Virus record (IMG/VR): IMGVR_UViG_3300044959_000237
Span: 32,001 to 96,000 of that record
DNA: 64,000 nt
From: a virus
Direction: 5' to 3' (one strand)
Within the stretch, counting starts at the first letter, position 1; every line of letters starts with the position of its first letter. Positions 8,190-18,816 of this stretch are shown here, piece after piece. The notes under the pieces are model-generated. The model was not told the DNA's origin, ran no database searches, and saw only the letters and a list, made by a program, of their open reading frames with translations. The translations under genes were made by a program, and so were the position numbers.

Positions 8190-10580
8190 TCAATAAAGTT
8201 TGTGTGAATAAATTATTGTCTTGTAAATTCTATACAATCTTTTTCCATCAGGACGTACGAATACGGAATCTCCACCATAAGCATTGACGTATTTCAATTT
8301 TGCCGAAGACAAATCCCAGAAATTTTTCAATTCGTAACGCCGTATCAAATCTGGTTGTATGACATAGATAACATTGCCTGAATCATTGAAATAGATATCT
8401 GCTAATCCATAATCATGTATTCCGAGAAAGACATTATCATAAGTTGCAGTAGAAATATTCCAATCAGAACTCAATGTATACGAATGTATTTTTCGACTCG
8501 TTCTTCCCACTATATAAAATTTTTTTCCATCAGGTCTGAAAAACATGCCAGTTGGTTGTAATTCTTCCGTATCTACAGAAAAACTTACATTATCATACGT
8601 TATTGTAGAAATATTCCATGGTATACTCAAAGTGTAAGAATATATACTACGATTATTATATCCAAGAATATACATTTTTGTTCCGTCGGGTTTGAAACGT
8701 ATACTTGTGGGCAAGAAATCTTGTGTAATAGAATAACTCGTACCATCATCAATTGCAGTGGAAATATTCCATGGAGAAGATAATGTATAAGAACGTATGG
8801 TTTTATTGAAAGCAGTTATGATATAAAATTTGGTACCATCAGGTTTGAAAAATAAATCTATAGGATAATCACCCAAAAATGGTAACAAATCCAAACTGTT
8901 TTCGATAATGAAAGGAAAATTCAATTCAAATGGTTTTATTGTACTCGAATGAAGAATTGAACCATTGGCAGAATCGGTTATATAAATTTTTTCTCCATTG
9001 TTCTTCAAAAAAACTCCGGTAGGAAAAGCATTGTAAGTGTTGATGTAGAAAATGTTGTTATCATATGTTCCACTACCAAGATTCCATGGAGTTCCAAGTG
9101 TGTATGAAGCAACAATATTATTGAAAGCATCGAATACGACCACATATACTTTTTTTCCGTCTGGTTTGAAAAATATCGATCTTGGAGTAGAGTCTTCATT
9201 TTCAATGTACAAAGAATCTCCATAACCATCGAAAGTTGCAGTCGAAATATCCCAAGAACTGGAAAGAGAATAAGAATATATTCCTTCAGAATCACCAGTT
9301 ATGTACATTTTTGTACCATCGAATTTGAAAAATAATCCAAAAGGTAATGATTCTTCACTTCCGACATCAAAATCCAAACCATCATATGTTGCCGAGGATA
9401 TATCCCATGCATTACTCAAGGTATAGGAGTATACCCTGGTATTTGTAGAACCAAGAATATACATTTTAGTACCATCTGTTTTGAAAAACAATGAAGTAGG
9501 ATTCGAATCTTCGCTTCCAACATAGAATTCCAAACCATCATATGTTGCAGTATCCACTTCCCATGGAGTGCTCAAAGTATACGAATATACTTTTGCAGTC
9601 GTAGAACCCAAAATATACATCTTGAGACCATCCGATCTGAAAAATATTTCTTCTGGTGTTTTATCTTCGTTTCCAACATAAAAGTTTTCAATGTTGTAAC
9701 TTGCAGTAGAAATTTCCCAAGAATTTTTCAAACTATAAGAAAAAATTTGTGCTTGATTCGAACCCAAAACATATACTCGACTTCCATCATTACGAAAGAA
9801 AAATGAAAAACTTGCCCAATCTTGTCCACCAACGAAAAAACTTTCATCATCGTAACTTGCCGAAGAAATATTCCATGGAGTACTCAATGTATATGAGTAA
9901 ATTCTATCATTGTCATCCCCGATTACATACATCTTTGTACCATCTGGTTTGAAAAATATTTCTTCCGGAAACAAATCTTCCGAAATTACTGAAAAACCAA
10001 AACCATCATAAGAAGCGGTAGAAATATCCCATGGAATACTTAATGTATAGGAGTAAATATTCGAATTGTCTTGTCCAGCAATATAAATTTTTGTTCCATC
10101 GGGTTTGAAATACAATGAATAAACCAAAGTATCTTCATCACCAAAATAGAAATTTACTCCATCATAACTTGCTGAAGATATTTCCCAAGGAATACTCAAT
10201 GTATAAGAATAAATTTGTTTGTTGTCATTTCCGAGTGTATATAATTTTGTGCCATCATTCTTGAAAAACATTGCGGTAAAATACGAATCTTCTGGTCCTA
10301 AAGTAAAACTCGAATTGTCGTAATTTGCCGTGGTAATATCCCACGGAATACTCAAAGTATAAGAATAAATTGTATTGGTATCATAATCGAGCACATACAA
10401 TTTTGTACCATCGTCTCTGAAATACAAATCCATTGGATACGTACTTTGATTTCCTAAAGAAAAAAAGATGTCATTTACAGGAACGGAAATATTGAAAAAA
10501 TTCAATCTTTCCATCAAAAAAAGACCGAAGGAAGAATTGTTTATTTTTATTTTTGCGTTTTCTATTTTCAAATGTACCAT
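8190..10580 (-). CDS. beta-propeller repeat protein (probable virion/adsorption protein)
   Basis: About 15 copies of a ~52-aa repeat FFKPDGTKMYILG...IYSYTLSxPWDISTAxYD. Confidence 0.8.
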   Translation of the reverse strand: MVHLKIENAKIKINNSSFGLFLMERLNFFNISVPVNDIFFSLGNQSTYPMDLYFRDDGTKLYVLDYDTNTIYSYTLSIPWDITTANYDNSSFTLGPEDSYFTAMFFKNDGTKLYTLGNDNKQIYSYTLSIPWEISSASYDGVNFYFGDEDTLVYSLYFKPDGTKIYIAGQDNSNIYSYTLSIPWDISTASYDGFGFSVISEDLFPEEIFFKPDGTKMYVIGDDNDRIYSYTLSTPWNISSASYDDESFFVGGQDWASFSFFFRNDGSRVYVLGSNQAQIFSYSLKNSWEISTASYNIENFYVGNEDKTPEEIFFRSDGLKMYILGSTTAKVYSYTLSTPWEVDTATYDGLEFYVGSEDSNPTSLFFKTDGTKMYILGSTNTRVYSYTLSNAWDISSATYDGLDFDVGSEESLPFGLFFKFDGTKMYITGDSEGIYSYSLSSSWDISTATFDGYGDSLYIENEDSTPRSIFFKPDGKKVYVVVFDAFNNIVASYTLGTPWNLGSGTYDNNIFYINTYNAFPTGVFLKNNGEKIYITDSANGSILHSSTIKPFELNFPFIIENSLDLLPFLGDYPIDLFFKPDGTKFYIITAFNKTIRSYTLSSPWNISTAIDDGTSYSITQDFLPTSIRFKPDGTKMYILGYNNRSIYSYTLSIPWNISTITYDNVSFSVDTEELQPTGMFFRPDGKKFYIVGRTSRKIHSYTLSSDWNISTATYDNVFLGIHDYGLADIYFNDSGNVIYVIQPDLIRRYELKNFWDLSSAKLKYVNAYGGDSVFVRPDGKRLYRIYKTIIYSHKLY

Positions 10581-10622
10581 TTCGACTTTCCCGATATTTT
10601 AATTTCAAATATTTATTTTATG

Positions 10623-10661
10623 AAAAAAAAAGGAGGAAGATGTAAATTACATCTTCCTCCT
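10623..10661 (-). terminator. rho-independent terminator
   Basis: Inverted repeat AGGAGGAAGATGTAA/TTACATCTTCCTCCT followed by a U-tract on the minus strand, just after 10687..11094. Confidence 0.8.
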
Positions 10662-10686
10662 CGAAAATTGATTTATTATGATAATT

Positions 10687-11094
10687 TTATATCATAAACT
10701 GAGTCAAAACGACAGAAACGTTGTTGTTGACGGTTGGGGTTGTATAAACAAACCCTGCAATTCCATGAAGTGACTCTTCAAGTGATATATCCGGGCTTGT
10801 CCATGCATCCGGATGTTCGATGGCAAATCTGAAATTATAGACTGGAACAGGTCCAAGACCTGCTGCAGCTGGAAGATCGAGTGGATCTGTTTCTGTTGTT
10901 GTAGTTACACTTCCAATAATGACTGGCTGTGCACGTGTACTGATTATCTCGATCAATTTTTCGAAATTTTTTTGTGAAGTATCTGCAAAATTACCAGTCG
11001 GAGTTATATCGACCAAAGTACGGAGTAAAAAGAAATCCATATCTTTGGTCAAGAATTCTTTTGGTACCGCGGCTCCATGTACTCTTTCTACCAT
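10687..11094 (-). CDS. probable virion structural protein
   Basis: Ala/Thr/Pro-rich 135 aa (RVHG, SQKNFEKLIEIISTRAQPV); SD AGGAG, ATAAATA upstream, own terminator. Confidence 0.6.
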   Translation of the reverse strand: MVERVHGAAVPKEFLTKDMDFFLLRTLVDITPTGNFADTSQKNFEKLIEIISTRAQPVIIGSVTTTTETDPLDLPAAAGLGPVPVYNFRFAIEHPDAWTSPDISLEESLHGIAGFVYTTPTVNNNVSVVLTQFMI

Positions 11095-11140
11095 TTTATT
11101 TCTCCTGAAAAATAGTTTGGTTGTAAATATTTATTATTTT

Positions 11141-11371
11141 TCAAAATCTTTTTATCAATAAACCTTTTATTTTCGAATTTTTTTGTTTGGTTTTTTCATT
11201 TTCTTTTCTTTTATCGTAATTTTCACGATGATTGTATATACTTCTCCAATATTCATTCGAAAATCCAGCAGAACCAAGAGGGAAAGTCAACGTAGCGACA
11301 TTTCCGGAAGATGTACTTCCGGCAGTGGATGTTTCATAAAGAATATCTTCGAATAATTCTACCAACCTCAT
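11141..11371 (-). CDS. small probable internal-head protein
   Basis: MRLVELFE..LYE followed by TSTAGSTSSGNVA; SD AAGGA. Confidence 0.6.
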   Translation of the reverse strand: MRLVELFEDILYETSTAGSTSSGNVATLTFPLGSAGFSNEYWRSIYNHRENYDKRKENEKTKQKNSKIKGLLIKRF

Positions 11372-11387
11372 TTTATTGTTTCCTTTT

Positions 11388-13580
11388 CTACCATGGTATT
11401 TCTTTGTAAAGATTTCTCGATTCCATCGATTCTTTCCATTCTTTCATTACATCATCGACAATATTTTTTCTGTTTTTTCTCAGTAATTCCATTATTCTTT
11501 TGATACTTTTGAGATCTTCGGCTTTTGCATCATTTCCGAGCAAAATTTTGGCTATTTTGTTCTTGTCCTTGATTTCTGGGGAAATTATCGTATCTTTTCT
11601 GTTTTTCAAAGGTTTTCCATCTTTTGTTCTTATTTCGGAAATTATTCTGATCAATCCGTCTTTTGGACTGTATCTCCATCTTTCTATTCGTACGGGAATT
11701 CCATCTATTTTTTCTTCAGAAACCTTTCTGTCCAAGAATTTTGCTATGGAACCTAACAGTGAGTTGAGATGAGCTCCTTTGAATTCTTCTTCGATTGGAC
11801 TTACATAATACGATTTCAACCAATTTACATCACCAAATATCAAATCGATCTGAACATGATCTTTTGTTCCTGCTACAGGATATTTCAGATGTATCATCGA
11901 TGATAATATCTTATGTGCATAATTCGAATTTTTTACTTTTTGTTTAATTTCATCATACATGCTTTCCGGAAGAGCGATATCTATATCACTCGATATCTGT
12001 TTTACAAAAGCACTTCCAAGAAGATTGTTTTTCAGAATTTCGAAAGGTATATCGAGATCTTTGGACAAATTTTCAAGAGTTGGTAATATTTTGCTTTTTT
12101 CTATTTTCACTGTTTCAGGAAAGACGTTTCCTCCTTCTTTCAGCAAGTTTCTCGAATATCTTTTTTCAACCAGTTTTTCTTTTCCCGAAAAAAGTATGAA
12201 AACAACATCTTCGATATTTTTACCTTTATCAAGTTGTTTCAACATTTCTTCCAAATCTGCTCGAAATTCTGCAAAAGTTTCCAACGTTTTTCTGTGTTGA
12301 GCATTGGTATATTCGAACGTTCTGTCTATTTTTTCGAGATATATTTTGATTCTGTTTCTGTTTCTTTTGTAATATTCCAACATTGCATCGAGTGCTTTGA
12401 TTGCTTTGGTCAGAATTTCTTTTATTTTGTTTTTGACTTCATCTACGGGTTTGTTTATTTCTATTCTTTCCCGATTCTTTATTTTATTTCTCAATTCTAT
12501 TGGTTTGTAACCAAGAACATTCGATATTCTGGATACAATTTTGGAGAAATAAGAACCGGTTTTTTTGGATAAATTACTGTCTTTCAGTAATGATCTTACT
12601 TTCCAGTTGAATTTGTTCAATTCTGTAAAAATATCTTTATCTACCAACTTGAAACTTTTTCCTGTAATTCGATCCCGGAATACTACTCCTTCTATCCATC
12701 CACCTTCTTCGAATTTCGGACCAAATTTGCTTTCGAGATTTCTTACGAAATGATTCAACAAATCTTCCTTGATATTGAGTTTCATTTGCATTATCTGATC
12801 TTTTATTCTGTTTTTTTCTTCTTTTATCTTTTCTTTCAGAATTTCCCAATCATTTCTTTCGATGTTGTTTGGTTTTCTATTCAGTGGAATGGAAATGATG
12901 TCTATGTTATTCAGTCCTTTTATGTTGGAAGGATGTGAAAGATAATTTTCGATGTTCCTTATTTTCTTTTCCAAAACATTTCTCAAATGTTCTTTATCGA
13001 TAATATTCGGGTTTATTCTAGGCGTAACATCGAACAACCAGACATGTTTTTCTGCAATTTTTCTGATTGTTTTTCCATCGTCTGTAAAAGGAACGTCCAA
13101 TACGACCTCGACTCTTTTTCCTTTCAGATAATCGACCAGTTTTTCAAATCTGTCTTGTAATTTTTCTTTTTCTTTCTGAGCAGAAAATGGATTCAACAAT
13201 ACTACCTGATTTTCATCGCCTTTGTAAGGAACAGTGTTGGGAAGTTCTCCGAATAGTATTTCAGCCACGAAAGAATCACCGGGATATACTATTTTATTCA
13301 ATATATCGAATAAGACTTTTTCAAGAGCCAGATGAGCACTTCTGAATCCTGTTGTCCAAAATTTCAAAGGATAATCTTTTTCATTGTAAAATCTTTTACC
13401 ACCTTTCATTTCTCTGGAAGTATAAAATTTGCCATTTTCGTCGAAACCAAATATTATATTTGCACCATCTATTTTTTCAGTTATTTCGAATTCGTTGATT
13501 TTTTTTATTGTTTCCAGAAAATCCAAAACGGGCAGATCTTCTATATGTACAAGTCCTTCTGTCAAATGTTTCAAAAACAT
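11388..13580 (-). CDS. two-domain protein: ligase-like KxDG nucleotidyltransferase plus C-terminal pol-beta-family nucleotidyltransferase
   Basis: TEKIDGAN, AEILFG, IEGVVF, FKLVD (ligase/capping-type motifs); then LKE-GGNVF, LLGSA, SSDIDIAL, VQIDLIF. Confidence 0.7.
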   Translation of the reverse strand: MFLKHLTEGLVHIEDLPVLDFLETIKKINEFEITEKIDGANIIFGFDENGKFYTSREMKGGKRFYNEKDYPLKFWTTGFRSAHLALEKVLFDILNKIVYPGDSFVAEILFGELPNTVPYKGDENQVVLLNPFSAQKEKEKLQDRFEKLVDYLKGKRVEVVLDVPFTDDGKTIRKIAEKHVWLFDVTPRINPNIIDKEHLRNVLEKKIRNIENYLSHPSNIKGLNNIDIISIPLNRKPNNIERNDWEILKEKIKEEKNRIKDQIMQMKLNIKEDLLNHFVRNLESKFGPKFEEGGWIEGVVFRDRITGKSFKLVDKDIFTELNKFNWKVRSLLKDSNLSKKTGSYFSKIVSRISNVLGYKPIELRNKIKNRERIEINKPVDEVKNKIKEILTKAIKALDAMLEYYKRNRNRIKIYLEKIDRTFEYTNAQHRKTLETFAEFRADLEEMLKQLDKGKNIEDVVFILFSGKEKLVEKRYSRNLLKEGGNVFPETVKIEKSKILPTLENLSKDLDIPFEILKNNLLGSAFVKQISSDIDIALPESMYDEIKQKVKNSNYAHKILSSMIHLKYPVAGTKDHVQIDLIFGDVNWLKSYYVSPIEEEFKGAHLNSLLGSIAKFLDRKVSEEKIDGIPVRIERWRYSPKDGLIRIISEIRTKDGKPLKNRKDTIISPEIKDKNKIAKILLGNDAKAEDLKSIKRIMELLRKNRKNIVDDVMKEWKESMESRNLYKEIPW

Positions 13581-13614
13581 ATCAATATATCCCCCTTGTT
13601 GTTTTTGTAATTTT

Positions 13615-14802
13615 TCATTCTTGTATACATTTTTTCAAGGAATACAAACATTTGTAAAATTTGTCGTCATTGAATTTCTTGTTGTTTAGTTCTTCTTGTA
13701 TTACTTTTCCCAAACATTTGAAAACTTCTGCCATAAATTCGAGATTGAATGGAGTGAAACATTTTGGATTTCCCAGTATATTATCGAAAATCTCTTTTCT
13801 TATTTCCTTTCTTCTTTTTATCAAAATGAATATTTGAACAGGTTCGTATTTTTTGATTTCGTTTACACTGATATATTTTTTTATATCTTCTCTCAAGGAG
13901 TCAAGTAAATCTTCTTTCGATTTTGCACTTGATGATGATTTTTCAGTTTGTCGAGTTTGTTGAGTTTGTCGAGTTACCGATTTCATATCAGCTGCCAATT
14001 TGTCATCAATATTTTTATCGTATGTTCCTTTCAAAACTTTTTTCCATCCTCTACGAACAGCAATTTCTTTTGCAATATAAAAAATGAAATCTCGAATCAA
14101 AGGTAAACTTTGTGGTAATGGAGCAGTCAACTCGTCTTTTAATACTTTGTTGTCTTTTGTAAATTTGTCATAATAGAAATTTACGAAAAACGGATCCAGA
14201 TTTTTCTCATTGATAAGATATTCTTTGAAAATTTCCAAATTCATACTTTCACTGTCTTTGGAGCCAGGTAATCTGAATTTTATGTTTGCAGTGTTTATCG
14301 ATCTTACCAATTTTTGAAAATACGACCACAAATCTTCGGCAATTCTTCTCGATTCTATTTCTATTGCTTTTTGTTCCCATACATTTGGATCCAAAAGTTT
14401 CTTGATTTTCTCGATAGTGCTTCCTTGCTCACAAACTTTTTCTTTTCTTTCCGTTTTTTCTATGCCAGCATGTCTTTTTATATCCGAATAAACACTGTCG
14501 TCGTTCTCGTCACAAGTATATCTCAAACCCAATTCCCATGCTCTACGATCCAATGCATCTCTGGCAAATGCAAAAGTATCATATGAATGATCGAAAAAAC
14601 TGGAATATTGTCTTGCAAGATCATTGATAACATCTATAGGATATTCTCCATTTTCAATTCTTTTTTTCATAATTTCCGTACATGCATCCAGCCATTCCTT
14701 GACTTTTGGAATGGAACAAAATTTTTTCATGTCTATTTCATTTACATATAATTCAGAGTTACGAATCGATTCGAGTTTGTCCAGAATATCTCTCATTTTC
14801 AT
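13615..14802 (-). CDS. hypothetical protein, probable internal-head protein
   Basis: N-terminus MRDILDKLE; internal IKRHAGI motif. Confidence 0.6.
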   Translation of the reverse strand: MKMRDILDKLESIRNSELYVNEIDMKKFCSIPKVKEWLDACTEIMKKRIENGEYPIDVINDLARQYSSFFDHSYDTFAFARDALDRRAWELGLRYTCDENDDSVYSDIKRHAGIEKTERKEKVCEQGSTIEKIKKLLDPNVWEQKAIEIESRRIAEDLWSYFQKLVRSINTANIKFRLPGSKDSESMNLEIFKEYLINEKNLDPFFVNFYYDKFTKDNKVLKDELTAPLPQSLPLIRDFIFYIAKEIAVRRGWKKVLKGTYDKNIDDKLAADMKSVTRQTQQTRQTEKSSSSAKSKEDLLDSLREDIKKYISVNEIKKYEPVQIFILIKRRKEIRKEIFDNILGNPKCFTPFNLEFMAEVFKCLGKVIQEELNNKKFNDDKFYKCLYSLKKCIQE

Positions 14803-15089
14803 ACCTTTTTGTTTTTCGAATATTCTTTTATGATTTTGTCCAGTTTTTTGATAAATTTTTCAGAATCGCCTTTTTTGACCGATAAAATAAACTTCGAAAG
14901 AAGAATATCACAATTTTCATCTCCAAATTCTTCACGAATGGAGTCGAAAAGATTTATGGTAGATTCTACTATATTTTTTGCTTTCGAACTTATAAGCAGA
15001 TCTTTTCTTGGTATTTTTATATCTGCCAGTTCTTCTAATAATGATCTCATTTTTTTCTTTTTTGTTTTTTTTTCCTTACAAGAAATCAA
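14799..15089 (-). CDS. hypothetical phage protein
   Basis: RSLLEEL...KF motif; overlaps both neighbours. Confidence 0.6.
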   Translation of the reverse strand: MISCKEKKTKKKKMRSLLEELADIKIPRKDLLISSKAKNIVESTINLFDSIREEFGDENCDILLSKFILSVKKGDSEKFIKKLDKIIKEYSKNKKV

Positions 15090-16680
15090 TTTTTTTCAGA
15101 ATATTCTTCAAACTTGTGTCGTTTTCTTCTAAACTATTTATATTACTAATATTTTTCGAATATAATGTATTTTTTTTATCAATTGTTTTTTTGTCACTTT
15201 TCTGTTTTATTCTTTTGTTTTCTATCATGTTTTCTATTTCTTTTTCAAAATCTTTTGCATTTACAACATTTCGAACTTCTTCTTCGATACCGTTTTCATC
15301 ATCTGAATTTGTGTTTTTTTCCATAATTGTATTATCTGTTTTTTCTGAATTTCGATTGTGTGTTTCTTTCAAAACAAACTTTTTTATCAAGAGTGAATTT
15401 CTTTCTTCATGTTCTTCTTCATCATAGTCTGGAGAATCATCGATTCTCATACAAAGAGGATCATAATTCATTACAATTTCTTTTCCTACACCAGAACTGC
15501 TACGAGTTTTGATGAACTTGATTTTGTATTTTTCGTCTTTGGTAAGTCTTTTGATGGTTATGACATTATCTGCTGTATTTATTTTACTGATACCACCGGC
15601 AATATGACTCATTTCATGTTCATCTGCATCTATGGCAGAACGATTCAACTGACTTGCAGTGACGCATAAAATGTTTTTTTCTACAGCCAATCCTCTTACT
15701 TCTTCGGAAACAAATTTGTCTTTTATGAACAAATCGCTCGGATCGACTTTTTTGTTCGATGGATACATCAAATCCAGATAATCGACAATTATTGCATCAG
15801 GTAAATATCCACGTTGTATTTCATACTCTTTCAAATGAGACCTGAGATCATTTATGTTTGCTCCGGCTGGCAGAACTTTTATATCCAAATTGCCAACGTT
15901 GGGATCTTTTTTCAGATGTTTCAGAAACATATCAACGGCTTCAGCATTTCGAAAGTTTTCTTTTGTAGATTTTTTCAAAATCATTGCATCGATTCTCGAT
16001 GCAACCAACAGATCGGACAATTCCAATGTGTAATATACAACGTTCAGTCCTTTTGAAATTTTTTTGTTTATTTTCGGTCCCAATATCCAATTTACTGCAA
16101 TATTTTGTAAAAACAAACTTTTTCCTTCACCGGAATTGCCAGCAAATATTGTTATTTCGCCTCTGTTCAAACCACCATAGAGAACTTTGTCTATTGTATT
16201 CCAACCCGTAGATATGGTGTTGTTGTTATTGAGTAATTTTTCGATTCTTTCTTTCGGGGATTCGAAATAGTTCAAACCAATATCGAAATCGAATTTGACA
16301 GATAAAGCATCTTTGATACTTTGCTCGATACCCTCGAATATTCCTTTTTCTATTTTTTCCGAAGATTCCAGAATGGAATGCATCAAAGCTTTGGTTTTAC
16401 AGAATTTTTCCAGTTCTTCGAGAAAATATTCTCTTTGTTTTACAATTTTTTCTTTTGATAAATCTACTTTTTCCAGATTTGAAAATTCGGAATAAAGCAC
16501 TTCATCTGTTGGAAGTGAATTGTATTTCGAGGAAAAATCCATGATGAAACTGACAACGTTTTTGTATATTCCATCGAAATACTTCGGTTTTACGATTTTC
16601 AGACACTTTATGAAAGAATCTTGGTCTTTCAACAGAAATTCTATCAATAATCTTTGTTTTTCTTTACTTGTTTCCATCAA
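15076..16680 (-). CDS. DnaB-like replicative helicase (T4 gp41-like)
   Basis: STGW, GGLNRGE, Walker A GNSGEGKS, IIVDYLDLM, TASQLNRSA, KTRSSSG. Confidence 0.93.
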   Translation of the reverse strand: MMETSKEKQRLLIEFLLKDQDSFIKCLKIVKPKYFDGIYKNVVSFIMDFSSKYNSLPTDEVLYSEFSNLEKVDLSKEKIVKQREYFLEELEKFCKTKALMHSILESSEKIEKGIFEGIEQSIKDALSVKFDFDIGLNYFESPKERIEKLLNNNNTISTGWNTIDKVLYGGLNRGEITIFAGNSGEGKSLFLQNIAVNWILGPKINKKISKGLNVVYYTLELSDLLVASRIDAMILKKSTKENFRNAEAVDMFLKHLKKDPNVGNLDIKVLPAGANINDLRSHLKEYEIQRGYLPDAIIVDYLDLMYPSNKKVDPSDLFIKDKFVSEEVRGLAVEKNILCVTASQLNRSAIDADEHEMSHIAGGISKINTADNVITIKRLTKDEKYKIKFIKTRSSSGVGKEIVMNYDPLCMRIDDSPDYDEEEHEERNSLLIKKFVLKETHNRNSEKTDNTIMEKNTNSDDENGIEEEVRNVVNAKDFEKEIENMIENKRIKQKSDKKTIDKKNTLYSKNISNINSLEENDTSLKNILKKIDFL

Positions 16681-17717
16681 TTTTCTCTCAATGAATTATA
16701 AATGATCTTGCTTTTTATGTAATTTTTACTTTTGTTTTCCAAGAGAGAATATATTGTATACAATTTTCCATATTTTTTTACGGCATCGGCACAATCCTTG
16801 ATATCTGGTTCCCATATTGGATTATTATTGTAATGAATATAAGGAACAACACTTATCCACCAATTGTTTTCTTCTGCAACTTCGATAAAATTCGTAACAG
16901 TTTTCAATCTGTCAGGAACTACGATATATTCTTTGTCGAATTTTTTCAATAATTCGATTTGTTCTTTATTTATCTTGCTTCCACAAACAGCTATGCCATT
17001 TACGGAAATTGCATCGAAAGGACCTTCGACAATAAAAACATATTCCTGATCGGAAAAAAGAATATCATAATTGAAAAACAAGTTTTTTGGTCTTTTCATG
17101 AAATATTTCTGTTTTTTTGTCGAATCGATGTATCTTGCAGTAAAACCGACAATTTCTCCATTCTTGAAAAAGGGTAAAATCAAGGATCGAGTAAATTTCA
17201 CATAAGGTGTCCAATAATATTCGTAAGAATTCAATAAATGTTCTCCTCTTTCAATCAGATATTTGCACGTATCGATGAAATTTCTGTTTTCACAATTCAA
17301 ATTCAACCATTTTTCAATGGTCTTGGATTCCTTTGGCAGTTCGAATTTCTCTTCTTTCAAAGTCAAGGAAAATTCAATTTTGGAATTATTTCTTGTTTCA
17401 CTGTTATTTTCCGTAATCGAATATCTTAGTATTTCAAAGGATATTCTTTTGATATCATCGACATTCAAACCTAATAATACGAGAAATTCTTCGTGTTTCG
17501 AATTGAGGGGCGAATAAGGTTTCCAATAGAATGTTATTTTACAACGAAAACAATGATATTTTATTTCTCCATTGTAATTTACGATGTAAGATGCACTTTT
17601 CTTTTTATCCGGTTTTGTTTCTCCTCGATAAACACAAAAAGGACAATTGATTCTTTTCCAATTGTCCGTGTACATCAAATTTGGTATGTTTTTCAACAGA
17701 ACATCATGTAGTATCAT
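16677..17717 (-). CDS. DNA primase (T4 gp61-like)
   Basis: Zn finger CPFC...HCFRC; TOPRIM VEGPFDA, PD, KDCAD; adjacent to the helicase. Confidence 0.88.
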   Translation of the reverse strand: MILHDVLLKNIPNLMYTDNWKRINCPFCVYRGETKPDKKKSASYIVNYNGEIKYHCFRCKITFYWKPYSPLNSKHEEFLVLLGLNVDDIKRISFEILRYSITENNSETRNNSKIEFSLTLKEEKFELPKESKTIEKWLNLNCENRNFIDTCKYLIERGEHLLNSYEYYWTPYVKFTRSLILPFFKNGEIVGFTARYIDSTKKQKYFMKRPKNLFFNYDILFSDQEYVFIVEGPFDAISVNGIAVCGSKINKEQIELLKKFDKEYIVVPDRLKTVTNFIEVAEENNWWISVVPYIHYNNNPIWEPDIKDCADAVKKYGKLYTIYSLLENKSKNYIKSKIIYNSLREN

Positions 17718-17906
17718 ATCATTTTCGAATTTTTGATTTTCGGAATGGAATGAAACAGGTCGAAGCAGAATTCTTTATCACAAAATCATTTTACTGTTTT
17801 TCGGAAAAAAATTCAAATATTATGAAATTTACGCATGATAGGTAAAAAAGTTGTCGAACAATCGAAAATTGAAATTTTACAAGAAAAATTTTTTCGAACG
17901 AAAAAA

Positions 17907-18734
17907 TCAAACAACTATAATTTTCTTAATTTTACCGGAATTGTTCACGTCCGGTTTGAAAATCAAACGGAACCAATTGAAATTTCCATAGAAATTGAAA
18001 GCATCGATTCCAGTGAAAGAGTTGTATATTTTCTCTGTATTTGTTCCTGATATCAAAAGTTCGTCCCATAGAGACGGGACGTTCATGTTCGAAGGAACTT
18101 CGACCTCCAAAGTAGATTCTGCTTTGAAAATTCCACTGAAATTATCGAAATAAATTGCTACTGTTGTCAAATTTTTCGATGCGGATCTCTGAATGGTGCC
18201 TCTTATTGCTCCTGTAGTTAACCATGTTTCCGGAATATGGGAACTGTTCATTCTGGTAAACGGAGTCAACTCGTCTATGACAATCGAATTTATCGGTTTC
18301 AAATCTATATTGTCATTGATTTGTAAATAACCCCATGAAATTCCGGAATAATCATTTGCCAATGGTATCTCTTCGCCTGTAACATCATCGATCATTGTAA
18401 CCGCATATTTCAAGGTAGAAGCATTGATATTGAACAAATCACGAGGATCGATTTTGAGTTTATATCTTCCTCTCGAAGAATCGACAACTTCAAGAGGTTT
18501 CGAAAACAGAAATTCTCCGGTTATCAGATCGAAAAATTTGGCTTCCAAAAATTTGTTCGTTTCAATTTTGACGGGTCTTCTGTCAATATCTTTTATACTG
18601 AATTCGATTATGTTATCATAACCTTTGTAAATTATGGTGTCAGAATCACCCCAATTGAAATTCATTTTATCTCTCCCGATTTTTCCAAGAGTAAGCTTTA
18701 TTATTTGTCTGTTTAAATATAGAAATTTTTTCAT
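17907..18734 (-). CDS. probable baseplate/structural protein (BppU-like N-terminus)
   Basis: IYKGYDNIIEFSIKDIDRRPV, beta-rich; ATAAATA motif at 18778-18784. Confidence 0.5.
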   Translation of the reverse strand: MKKFLYLNRQIIKLTLGKIGRDKMNFNWGDSDTIIYKGYDNIIEFSIKDIDRRPVKIETNKFLEAKFFDLITGEFLFSKPLEVVDSSRGRYKLKIDPRDLFNINASTLKYAVTMIDDVTGEEIPLANDYSGISWGYLQINDNIDLKPINSIVIDELTPFTRMNSSHIPETWLTTGAIRGTIQRSASKNLTTVAIYFDNFSGIFKAESTLEVEVPSNMNVPSLWDELLISGTNTEKIYNSFTGIDAFNFYGNFNWFRLIFKPDVNNSGKIKKIIVV

Positions 18735-18816
18735 ATTTTTTCAACTTTGTCATTAAATAATTGTAAATAGTTTCAAGTATTTATTTCTGCCAATAAGGAA
18801 AAAGGGCCGGAATGCA

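Noticed and set aside
8190-10580. CRISPR-like periodic repeats
   Set aside because: The ~156-bp periodicity is degenerate and in frame; it is a protein repeat with no constant repeat/unique spacer pattern
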